A stretch of DNA of 64,000 nucleotides from positions 3,744,001 through 3,808,000 of the forward strand of contig OZ245742.1 of assembly GCA_965227295.1 (NCBI GenBank), in the 5' to 3' direction. Positions 40,114-48,676 of the stretch are shown one piece after another (position 1 is the first letter of the stretch; every line of letters starts with the position of its first letter). The DNA comes from Leptonemataceae bacterium. Its GTDB lineage: Bacteria > Spirochaetota > Leptospiria > Leptospirales > Leptonemataceae. A program made the position numbers and the translations under genes. Below the pieces are notes generated by a model that was given only the letters and a program-made list of their open reading frames with translations, made no database searches and had not been told where the DNA came from.

Positions 40114-40296
40114 GGCCGAAGGTTCGCTGTCGCGATGGCACAGCCCGGAAATGCTTGTGATCCCTGAAGATGTTGCAACTAAAAAAAAGAACCAGGCTGC
40201 GAAACGCTGTTAACGAAAATCGCCGCCAGCTTCATCTTGTCTAAGGTTACGGGAGTATTCAGTTACCTGTAAGGGCCTGGTGAGCTAAAGCTAACA

Positions 40297-41229
40297 CTAT
40301 TCGCTTCGATCCCGCATGACCTCGCTTTGCGTTACGTAGTGAAGTCGATCGTTTTCTGGTTCGCCGCCGTTGATCATTACGGCCAGGGGACGTCCGTCCG
40401 GCAACCTTTGACCGGCGACGAAGTCCAGGAAGTGCCCGTCGGTATGGGGTGAGTTTCCGAAGCCCGCGATGACGTAGACGTATTCGGTGCCTTCCCGGGC
40501 TTTCGTCTCGGCGACGACCTGTTGAATGACGGCGGTCTTGCCCGCGGCGTATGGAAACGGTTCGGCGATGCGATCACTCAGCGCGCCGCCGGCATCGAGT
40601 TCCACCTGTACGCCGTGGATCCATTCCTCCGGAATGTCCAGGCTCTTCGCGGCGCCGCGCACAAAGATGTGCGGCGACGCGGAGACGATATGCGTTTCAA
40701 TGTCGTGCTCGCGCAAATGATCGAGCATCGCCACGGACGCGCTGAAGAAGTAGTGGGAGAGGGTTTCTTCGAAGTGGCGCTCCACCAGTTCCTCGAATTC
40801 CCGGGGATGCGTGCCGGCAAAGGCCTTTGGAATAAAACGATACGCCGGTTCATAACCGGCCTGAGCTTCGACGGCAGCGTAGTCCCGTTGGTAGCGGGTG
40901 AAGCCGTCGTCTCCCAGGTAACGTCCCGACAGTCCGGCTTCGATGGCGACCTGCTGTAGGCCGTGGTACACGACCTGGCCGTCTTCTTTCGTGAGCCCGT
41001 CGGTGATGTCGCCGTGGATGATGGTTCCATCGAAGTCCCAGAAGGACAAAAAGACACACTTTTCCGCGGCGCAGGGATGCTCCCCGTTGCGCGCGAACTT
41101 CTGTACGAAGAGGCGGGTTTGTTCGATGATATCCACTACTTCTTTGGCGTGCGGCTCAGAGGTCGGCAGCGGACTGCACGCTAACATACAGAGAAAAGAT
41201 CCTAACGTAAGCCCACGGATGATGCGCAT
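40297..41229 (-). CDS. HAD-superfamily hydrolase lipoprotein
   Basis: MLAC lipobox; WDFDGT, VSAS, GK, GNS..D. Confidence 0.82.
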   Translation of the reverse strand: MRIIRGLTLGSFLCMLACSPLPTSEPHAKEVVDIIEQTRLFVQKFARNGEHPCAAEKCVFLSFWDFDGTIIHGDITDGLTKEDGQVVYHGLQQVAIEAGLSGRYLGDDGFTRYQRDYAAVEAQAGYEPAYRFIPKAFAGTHPREFEELVERHFEETLSHYFFSASVAMLDHLREHDIETHIVSASPHIFVRGAAKSLDIPEEWIHGVQVELDAGGALSDRIAEPFPYAAGKTAVIQQVVAETKAREGTEYVYVIAGFGNSPHTDGHFLDFVAGQRLPDGRPLAVMINGGEPENDRLHYVTQSEVMRDRSE

Positions 41230-41303
41230 GCCCGGCCTCCACTATTCCATGATGGCGCGGGCGGAGTTTCAGGCAAGTACTATCGTTGCCCGGGGTTATA
41301 ATC

Positions 41304-43433
41304 TTACAGTTCTCTGAGCTCGTCCGCGTATCCGCCGCTGAGGATCGGAAAGCGGTACCACGTCCGCGGGTCCAGGTTTTCGTCGTCGAGATGAAAGGCC
41401 GGGGCGTAGCGTTCGCGTTTCCATTGATTGCGGGACCAGAGCTGAAAGAAGCGGCGAATGTAGTTGCGCAGGGCGTCATCCTCCGGCAGCTGTTCCGCGT
41501 CCGGCTGGGCGCGCAGGGCCTTGAATACTTCCAGCGGCGGCTTGCGGTCGCGAATGGCCAGCTTTTCGATGCGGTCGAGCAATGCGTAGGGCATGAGATC
41601 GCCTTCGTCGGTTTGTTTTTGATCGAGGGGACGCAGTTCCGCCGTGGGCTGCTGGGCATTGATGTGTGACAACTCCGGCACCGTGCCCAGGTGATCGCCG
41701 GTGTTTTCCATGAAACGCAGGAACGCCTGCACGAAGGCCTTGTCCACCCCGGCAATCGGCGCCAGCCCGCCGCTGGTATCCCCGTCCATGGTGCTGTAAC
41801 CCACGGCCGCCTCGGAGCGATTGGACGTCGTGATCAACAGTGAGTTCGTGGTGTTCGCGAGCATCCAGGCCATGGGCGATCGCACCCGCGCCTGGATGTT
41901 CTGCAACGGCAGATCGTCGTCTTCCCAGGTTAACTTACGCTCGATAACATCTTGTTCGATGATGTCGCGGTACCCGTCCATCAACGTTTGGACGTTGACC
42001 TCCCTGTGTCGGGAATGCAGGGCCCCGGCCACCGCGGCGGCGGCTTCGCGCGTGATCGTGCTGGACTGATCCGTACCCTGATAGATCGTAAAGAGCATGC
42101 GTTGTGCGATTTGAGCGGTGACGTCCGCCGCGTCGTCGTTCAGTCCGAGTTCGACCCAGAGTTCTTCCCGGCCCAGGCGTTCCAGGCAAAAGCGTGCACC
42201 CAGTTCTTCGACGGCGTAGGCCAGCATGCGCTGGACGAGCAGGGCGCACGTGGCCGAGTCCGCGCCGCCGGACAGCGAGATCACAAAACCGCGGGAACGG
42301 GATTTGCGGAGATAGTCGAAGAGGCCCAGCGTTGTCGCCCGCAAGAACTGCGTTTCTTTTTTGATGTGACCGCGCAGGTACTCCGGCACCGGTCGGTTGC
42401 TTGCGGGGCGAAGCGTTGCCGGCACGGCCTTCGTTTCTGCGTCTTCCGTGCGAAATCCAACCCGGGCTCCGGTGAACGGCATGGGGCGCTCGTCTTCGTC
42501 CAGCTTCACCACGGGATTTTCGCGTTCCAGGGCGCCGGCGGTGTCGCCCGTGGCGGCCAGTTCCTGACGCAGATGGGAGTACACGCGCGAGCGCAGCGCA
42601 CGATTGCGTTCCAGGTCCAGGGCGACCTCGTTTAAGATGTACTCGTGGAAACTTAGTCCGGGATGTTCGTGCAACATCTCGCCGCCGCTGGCGAAGAGGG
42701 ACTGACCGTCGTAAATCATGCGGCCGGCCTCGTTGCCCAGTAAGTTTACCGTAACGTAAGCTACGCCCAGGCTCCGCGACGATTCCAGGGCGATGTTGCG
42801 GCGGATGCGGTGTTTATCGAAGGCGAAGTGCGAAGCGTTGGGATTAAGTACGATTTCCACGCCACGTTTGACGTGCAGCAAGGCCGGCCGGCGCGCCACC
42901 CAGGCGTCCTCGCAGACCTCGACGGAAATCTTCGCACCGCGGTGTTCAAAGAGCAGCGGCCCGAAGGGCACGCTCTCACCGGACGGGGTGATGTACGCGC
43001 GGCGCTCCGTCTCGCGATCAGCGACGAACCAGCGCGGTTCGTAGTGCACGCCGTCGCCGGCCAGGTTGCGCTTCGGCACAATGCCGCGCACGCGTCCCTG
43101 ATACACAAAGGCCGCGCAGTTGAAGATGCGATCGTCCCTTCGAACGGGGAGGCCGAGGACGATTACGCTCTGCGGCAGGATCTTTTCCGCTTCGGCGGCA
43201 ATGTTTTGCAACGAAACAAAGGCGCGCCGGCTGAGGTCCGGGGAGTGAAAGGCATCTTCGCAGCCGTAGCCGGTGATGCTCATCTCCGGGAAGAGGACGG
43301 TATCCGGTCGTCCCGAAAAATCTTCGTTGCCCGCGGCCAGTTCGCGTAGCGCCGTGAGGATGCGCGCGGAGTTGCCGCTCCAATCCAGGGGCGTCTGATT
43401 CACGGCGGCGGTGGCGATGCGGTAGAGTTGCAT
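41304..43433 (-). CDS. nadE: Glutamine-dependent NAD+ synthetase
   Basis: Nitrilase domain (FPE, K, CED) plus SLSGGADS, QNIQAR, PTAEL. Confidence 0.96.
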   Translation of the reverse strand: MQLYRIATAAVNQTPLDWSGNSARILTALRELAAGNEDFSGRPDTVLFPEMSITGYGCEDAFHSPDLSRRAFVSLQNIAAEAEKILPQSVIVLGLPVRRDDRIFNCAAFVYQGRVRGIVPKRNLAGDGVHYEPRWFVADRETERRAYITPSGESVPFGPLLFEHRGAKISVEVCEDAWVARRPALLHVKRGVEIVLNPNASHFAFDKHRIRRNIALESSRSLGVAYVTVNLLGNEAGRMIYDGQSLFASGGEMLHEHPGLSFHEYILNEVALDLERNRALRSRVYSHLRQELAATGDTAGALERENPVVKLDEDERPMPFTGARVGFRTEDAETKAVPATLRPASNRPVPEYLRGHIKKETQFLRATTLGLFDYLRKSRSRGFVISLSGGADSATCALLVQRMLAYAVEELGARFCLERLGREELWVELGLNDDAADVTAQIAQRMLFTIYQGTDQSSTITREAAAAVAGALHSRHREVNVQTLMDGYRDIIEQDVIERKLTWEDDDLPLQNIQARVRSPMAWMLANTTNSLLITTSNRSEAAVGYSTMDGDTSGGLAPIAGVDKAFVQAFLRFMENTGDHLGTVPELSHINAQQPTAELRPLDQKQTDEGDLMPYALLDRIEKLAIRDRKPPLEVFKALRAQPDAEQLPEDDALRNYIRRFFQLWSRNQWKRERYAPAFHLDDENLDPRTWYRFPILSGGYADELREL

Positions 43434-43484
43434 AGGATTATAATTCAACCACCGAGGCACCGAGCGTGCCCCGGTGGTTATACT

Positions 43485-44162
43485 TTACACCCGCGCGGCG
43501 ACATTGGCCAGAATCGCCGCGAGGATCTCGCGGCCGTCGGTCCCGCCCACCGCGGGATCCGTGGCACGTTCGGGGTGGGGCATCATGCCCAGCACCCGCC
43601 CGCTCGCGTCGCTCACACCGGCAATGTCGTCCACGCTGCCGTTCGGATTTTCGCCGGCGTAACGAAAGACGATCTGGTTGTTATCCTGAAGCGCCTTAAG
43701 GCCGTCTTCGTCGATGCGGTAGTTGCCTTCGCCGTGAGATACCGGGACGACGTACTCGCGACTCGCATTCAGATCCCGGGCGAAGGCGTTCTCTGGATTT
43801 GCGATGAGACGCACGTCTTTGCAGATGTGCTTGAGCGAAGTATTGCGAATGAGTGCGCCCGGTAGTAACTGCGTTTCGCAGAGAATTTGAAATCCGTTGC
43901 AGATGCCGAAGGCCGGTCCGCCGCGTTTGACGTGCTCGGCCAGGGATACCATGGCCGGCGCGACGCGGGCGATGGCCCCGGCGCGCAGATAATCACCGTA
44001 GCTGAAGCCGCCCGGCACTACCAGCACGTCGAAGTTTTCGTGAATGGGCTCGCGGTACCAGAGCAGACGCGCGTCCGCGCCGAAGAATTCTTTCAGAATA
44101 TAGAGCATGTCCCGGTCGCAGTTCGATCCGGGAAAGGTGATGACGCCGGCCTTCGCTCCCAT
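43485..44162 (-). CDS. purQ: FGAM synthase subunit PurQ
   Basis: FPGSNCD, GGFSYGD, GICNGFQ, MPHPER. Confidence 0.97.
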   Translation of the reverse strand: MGAKAGVITFPGSNCDRDMLYILKEFFGADARLLWYREPIHENFDVLVVPGGFSYGDYLRAGAIARVAPAMVSLAEHVKRGGPAFGICNGFQILCETQLLPGALIRNTSLKHICKDVRLIANPENAFARDLNASREYVVPVSHGEGNYRIDEDGLKALQDNNQIVFRYAGENPNGSVDDIAGVSDASGRVLGMMPHPERATDPAVGGTDGREILAAILANVAARV

Positions 44163-44164
44163 CT

Positions 44165-44428
44165 TCAGGCGGACTCCTGCGTGAGATCGTACTCGTAGGT
44201 TTCGATGACCGGATTCGCCAGCAGGGCGTTGCAGTAGTCGTCCACCTGCTTGCGGGCGCCGTCCTCGTTCGGGGCTTCCAGACGGACCTCGATGTACTTG
44301 CCGACGCGGACGTCCCGGGCTTCACCGTGACCGAGGTTGTGCAGGGCGTGGATGACCGCCTGTCCCTGGGGATCCAGGATGGACTCTTTGAGTTTGACGT
44401 AGACTTTTGCCAGATACGTGGATGACAT
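44165..44428 (-). CDS. purS: FGAM synthase subunit PurS
   Basis: LDPQG, VRVGK, LLANPVIE. Confidence 0.96.
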   Translation of the reverse strand: MSSTYLAKVYVKLKESILDPQGQAVIHALHNLGHGEARDVRVGKYIEVRLEAPNEDGARKQVDDYCNALLANPVIETYEYDLTQESA

Positions 44429-44574
44429 AACGCCGGTCCAGACTGACGGCCCGGTGATCTGGTGCAAATCAAAAAAATGCACAGGAGTGAGCGAGGACGA
44501 GCGATCCGGGATTCCCCATCGTCTCAGTCTCCGGTGAATTCATCTTCCGATGGTACCACCCCGATATTAGAATC

Positions 44575-45048
44575 ATGCAACGCATCTGGCCAGTGCTCAT
44601 CCTCCTGTGCACGCTCTCGCTCCCGGCGGCGGACGCGCGCTTTCGGGATCGTTCGGACGGGACCGTACTGGATCTTCACAGCGGACTGGTGTGGATGAAG
44701 TGCGGCTTCGGCCAGGATTATACCGGGAGTCTGTGCAGCGGGCCGGCAGTGCGCATGACCTGGCATAACGCGAGTAAGGTTTGCGAAGAACTGGAATTCG
44801 CCGCCCGCGAATGGCGCCTGCCCGCACGCAACGAACTGAGATCGCTGATTGTCGTGCGCGAAGTGCGCCCGCATCTGAACATCGATGTCTTCGGTGCCTC
44901 GTATCCCTTTCGGTACTGGAGCGCGGATGCATTGACCGACCCGAAGGGCACCGCGGGCGAAGTTGTGAACTTTCTCGAGGCGACGACGTATGCCGACTTC
45001 GGCGGGAAGAACTACGTGCGCTGTGTGAGTGGTGGGGAAGATCTTTGA
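44575..45048 (+). CDS. Secreted DUF1566 (Lcl C-terminal) protein
   Basis: DGTVLD..SGLVW, WRLP..EL, YVRCV. Confidence 0.88.
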   Translation: MQRIWPVLILLCTLSLPAADARFRDRSDGTVLDLHSGLVWMKCGFGQDYTGSLCSGPAVRMTWHNASKVCEELEFAAREWRLPARNELRSLIVVREVRPHLNIDVFGASYPFRYWSADALTDPKGTAGEVVNFLEATTYADFGGKNYVRCVSGGEDL

Positions 45049-45097
45049 AATGGCTGCGGCCGGCCCGCCCGGGCGGCTAACTTGATCTCACCATCAT

Positions 45098-45208
45098 CTA
45101 ACTGATTACGAGTTTGCCATGGGGCGACTGAAGAAACAAATCCGCCGCCGAAGCGAGGATGCGTTCCCGCGGCCCCATCCTGTGTTCGGATTCCGTCACC
45201 GCATACAT
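45098..45208 (-). pseudogene. Truncated TetR-family regulator remnant
   Basis: RERILASAADLF followed by a stop; divergent from GST, beside palindromes. Confidence 0.55.
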
Positions 45209-45217
45209 TAAAAAGAA

Positions 45218-45267
45218 ATAGACAGCTTTGTCTATGTTGATTTGCTGTGGGTAGACCGACTTGTCTA
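45218..45267. promoter_or_regulatory. Two TetR (NemR-like) operator palindromes
   Basis: ATAGACA-GCTT-TGTCTAT (45218-45235) and TAGAC-CGACTT-GTCTA (45252-45267). Confidence 0.7.
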
Positions 45268-45283
45268 AGTTGAGGGAGGCTGA

Positions 45284-45889
45284 ATGAAACTGTACTATCA
45301 TCCCAATTCCACGTATTCGCGCCGGGTGCGCATTCTCGGTGTCGAGAAGGCGATCTCCTTCGATGAGGAAGTCGTCGCCATGGAAAAGCTGGCCCATCGC
45401 AAGAAAGACTATCTGGCGGTAAACGCCTACGGTCGCGTCCCCGTTCTTGAGGACGGCGATCTACGTCTCTGTGAGTCTAACGTCATACTGGAGTATTTAG
45501 AAGAAACACATCCGGAACCCGGACTGATGCCGGCCGATCCCGCGTCCCGGGCGCGCGTGCGCCGACACATGCATCTCTGTGACCTGGAATTCGCGCGGCA
45601 CGTGAGTACGATCGTATTTCCGAAGCGTTTTCTTCCGGAAGATCGCTGGAACAGGGACGACATGCAGGCCGCCGCGAAGAGCATCAAACGACACTTCAAG
45701 ATCCTCACGGAAGAACTCGCCGATCGGCCGTTTTTGCACGGCGACGCGTTCAGCCTGGCCGATGTCAGCTATATGCCGTTCCTGCACTTTCACGCCATCC
45801 TGGACGTGGACGTTCCCGCGAACATTCAGGCCTGGGCCGGGCGCCTGTCCGAACGTAAGAGCGCGCAAGAGACCGTGCCCGAAAGATAG
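45284..45889 (+). CDS. Glutathione S-transferase family protein
   Basis: STYSRRV, GRVPVL, ESNVILEYL, FSLADV. Confidence 0.93.
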   Translation: MKLYYHPNSTYSRRVRILGVEKAISFDEEVVAMEKLAHRKKDYLAVNAYGRVPVLEDGDLRLCESNVILEYLEETHPEPGLMPADPASRARVRRHMHLCDLEFARHVSTIVFPKRFLPEDRWNRDDMQAAAKSIKRHFKILTEELADRPFLHGDAFSLADVSYMPFLHFHAILDVDVPANIQAWAGRLSERKSAQETVPER

Positions 45890-46008
45890 GGTTTTCGTAC
45901 TATTACGGCGGGCCGGGTAGCAGTCCGTGGCCTGGACTGCCAGAAAATCCGCTGCGCATAGTTACTGCGCAGGGAGCGAGTGATGTACGCAAAATGCGCC
46001 GTTTCTTG

Positions 46009-46036
46009 TTGACGCCGCCGAACGCGGGCTTATGAT
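46009..46036 (+). promoter_or_regulatory. Sigma70 promoter candidate
   Basis: TTGACG-N16-TATGAT. Confidence 0.5.
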
Positions 46037-46168
46037 TTTCGTCTAAAAAATCGATAAGAAACTTAGAGTTTCTCAAGACGCTGTTAGCGTCCGCTTCCAC
46101 TACCCGGTCGGGCATGTTTTTTGCTCTGATTACGCAGCAAACACCCGGACGTTTTTCAGGAGGGTACC

Positions 46169-46870
46169 ATGAGCATCGATTCGCATTCCGCGAGAGGCGC
46201 CGACCACTGGAGTCGGACGTTTCGTTTTCACGTCCTGGGCCTGGAGTTTTTCCTGGCCGCTCCCGGAACATTCACGGCCGGGGTTCGTCGGCACATGTCC
46301 GCCGAAAACACGGTTTACCTGGCCGGCATGATCGCCCGGGAAACCGACTCCGCCTACCTGGAACAAATCCGGACTTACCTGGTGGAGGACCCGGAGGCCA
46401 TGGATCAGACCGTGCGCCGTCACGATCCCTATCTCGGTCACAACGCGCCGTTGGTTACGATCTCGCGCATTAACGCGGAGCACCTTACGTTGCAATTTGC
46501 CGGCGAACGCGGCGACGGCAGCCTCACCGACGTCGTCCATCTTATGGTGCCGGCGAAGTACTTCGGCATTGCCTCGTACTATTCCTTGCAGGCCGGCAAT
46601 CACGCCTTCGCGCGTATTTTCGATTTCTTTCGAAACCATCTTTCGATGATCGTGGACGTGCTCGCCGGTTACCTGGACTACCTGGAAGAGCGCGCCGGTG
46701 TGTTGCCGGAGGAAATTCCCGTGGCGGTCTGGGAACGCCTGGGCATGGACTCCAACGAACGCAATCGCCGCAAAGAATTCTGGGAGGCCGCGGGTATCAA
46801 TACTTCCCGGAAGAATCGTCTGATCCCGCTCGAGTTGCGGGAGATGCTGAACTATACGCAGCCGAATTAA
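46169..46870 (+). CDS. Hypothetical protein
   Basis: AGGAGG RBS; genome-like codon usage. Confidence 0.75.
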   Translation: MSIDSHSARGADHWSRTFRFHVLGLEFFLAAPGTFTAGVRRHMSAENTVYLAGMIARETDSAYLEQIRTYLVEDPEAMDQTVRRHDPYLGHNAPLVTISRINAEHLTLQFAGERGDGSLTDVVHLMVPAKYFGIASYYSLQAGNHAFARIFDFFRNHLSMIVDVLAGYLDYLEERAGVLPEEIPVAVWERLGMDSNERNRRKEFWEAAGINTSRKNRLIPLELREMLNYTQPN

Positions 46871-47003
46871 TTACAGTCCGGCACCGAAGATTCCTGAGAG
46901 AGCATGATGACTACCAGGATGGCCGACACGATAAACAATCGAAGCGACATGGCTGCGTACCGTAGATTCGCCGGGGTGTCATTTTACAAACGGAAAACGT
47001 CGC

Positions 47004-47720
47004 TCATTTACGGACGACGGCCATATTCTCGAACTCCATCGAAGACGTGAACTTCTTGTACATGATCAGCGGTACGTAGACCGTGCCGCGGGCAAATCCG
47101 CTTTGAAACAGGGGCGCGCCTTCCGGCGTGTTCACGAAGTGAAAGTCGAACTCGAAATCCTGTAGGCCGAACTGCAACGACGCGAACGTGCCTTTCATGT
47201 ACACGAGATTGAGATCGTCTTTCGTAAAGAACATGTCGCCCCGGAAGTAGCGCCGCCCGTTGCGCTTCGGCATGATGTGCAGGCGCCAGCACGGCGTGCC
47301 GCGAATCTTACGCGAACCCACGAGGCGAATGTTGTAGCGTTCCGCGCCGCGTTCGTCGAAGACCGGATGGGGCGGAGCCAGTTCGTAGTTCTCGAAGCTT
47401 GCCGGCGACTGCTCAACGCCGTCGAGGACGTAGCGCGTAATGTTGACGTAGGGCATGCCGTCATAGTAGTCGATGCGTTCAGCGGAGAGTTCGATCTTCT
47501 GCAACAATTCACCGCTCTTCGCATCGTAAGTGCGGATCGCCGAATGTCTTCGCGATCGCACTCCGGCAAACCTGGTATACGTTGCATGTCCCTTGCGCCG
47601 GATCTCTGCCAGAATGCGGGCCTCTTCCTCGGCCGCGGGCAGGGCGCGGACGGAGGCGAGGCCCAGTTGTTGGGGCATCACATCGCGCGGAGCGAAGATG
47701 ACGATCCATGCGCTCAACAT
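47004..47720 (-). CDS. Hypothetical secreted beta-rich protein (LolA/sorting-fold-like); start uncertain
   Basis: GTPCWRLHIMPK...GDMFFTKDDL pattern. Confidence 0.6.
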   Translation of the reverse strand: MLSAWIVIFAPRDVMPQQLGLASVRALPAAEEEARILAEIRRKGHATYTRFAGVRSRRHSAIRTYDAKSGELLQKIELSAERIDYYDGMPYVNITRYVLDGVEQSPASFENYELAPPHPVFDERGAERYNIRLVGSRKIRGTPCWRLHIMPKRNGRRYFRGDMFFTKDDLNLVYMKGTFASLQFGLQDFEFDFHFVNTPEGAPLFQSGFARGTVYVPLIMYKKFTSSMEFENMAVVRK

Positions 47721-47908
47721 GACGAACGTGTGAAGGCGTAACCTCCGTGAAAAAGAACTCAGGGGAGTGATTTTGCAGATCGGCATGGCGCCGCGAACTT
47801 GAACACAGTGTCTAAAATCGCAAGAAAATATTATGTCGCATGAGGACGGAACCATTACACAGAAATAAAACGATTGTCATTGCGTCGTCACGCCCGGAGC
47901 GTAGCGGC

Positions 47909-48667
47909 ATGTCCGTGCAATTTCACGATCACTTCTCCGGACACGCCGGCGATTATGCGAAGTTTCGCCCGGACTATCCGGAGCAGTTGTTCGAGATCAT
48001 TGCTTCGTTGCTGCCGACCGCGGAACGTAAGCGCGCCTGGGACTGCGGCACCGGAAACGGCCAGGCGGCCCGGGGGCTGGCGCCGTACTTCGAACGCGTC
48101 ATCGCCAGCGACCCGAGTGCGCAGCAAATCAAACAGGCCGAGCCCCACGATTCCATCGAGTACCATGTGTGGCCGGCGGAACGTTCCGAACTCGACGATG
48201 ACAGCGTGGACCTCGTGACCGTGGCGCAGGCCCTCCACTGGTTCGACCACGACGCGTTTTATAAAGAAGTACAGCGGGTCACGCGTCCCGGTGGCATTAT
48301 CGCTTGCTGGGGCTACGGCATCCAGGGCGTCGGCGCGGGCCTCGATCCCATCCTCACGCATTACTACCGGCGCGTGGTCGGCCCGTACTGGCCCAAAGAA
48401 CGCGCTCACATCGATGCGAACTACGGCGATATTCCGTTCCCTTTCGATCCGTTGCCCGTGCCGCCCATGCGCATGGAGCGGGAAATGAATTATCACGAAT
48501 TCCTGGGTTACCTGGGAACCTGGTCGGCCACGCGGCGCTACATGAAGGATCGCGGCGAAGACCCCATGGATCGCATCCGGGAAGATTTGCTGCGCGGCTG
48601 GGGCAATCCCGAACAGCGTCGAGTCGTAAGCTGGTCTCTGTTTATGAAATTCGGCCGCGTGTCTTGA
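47909..48667 (+). CDS. Class I SAM-dependent methyltransferase
   Basis: AWDCGTGNGQ, VAQALHWF. Confidence 0.92.
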   Translation: MSVQFHDHFSGHAGDYAKFRPDYPEQLFEIIASLLPTAERKRAWDCGTGNGQAARGLAPYFERVIASDPSAQQIKQAEPHDSIEYHVWPAERSELDDDSVDLVTVAQALHWFDHDAFYKEVQRVTRPGGIIACWGYGIQGVGAGLDPILTHYYRRVVGPYWPKERAHIDANYGDIPFPFDPLPVPPMRMEREMNYHEFLGYLGTWSATRRYMKDRGEDPMDRIREDLLRGWGNPEQRRVVSWSLFMKFGRVS

Positions 48668-48676
48668 ACATTTGCC

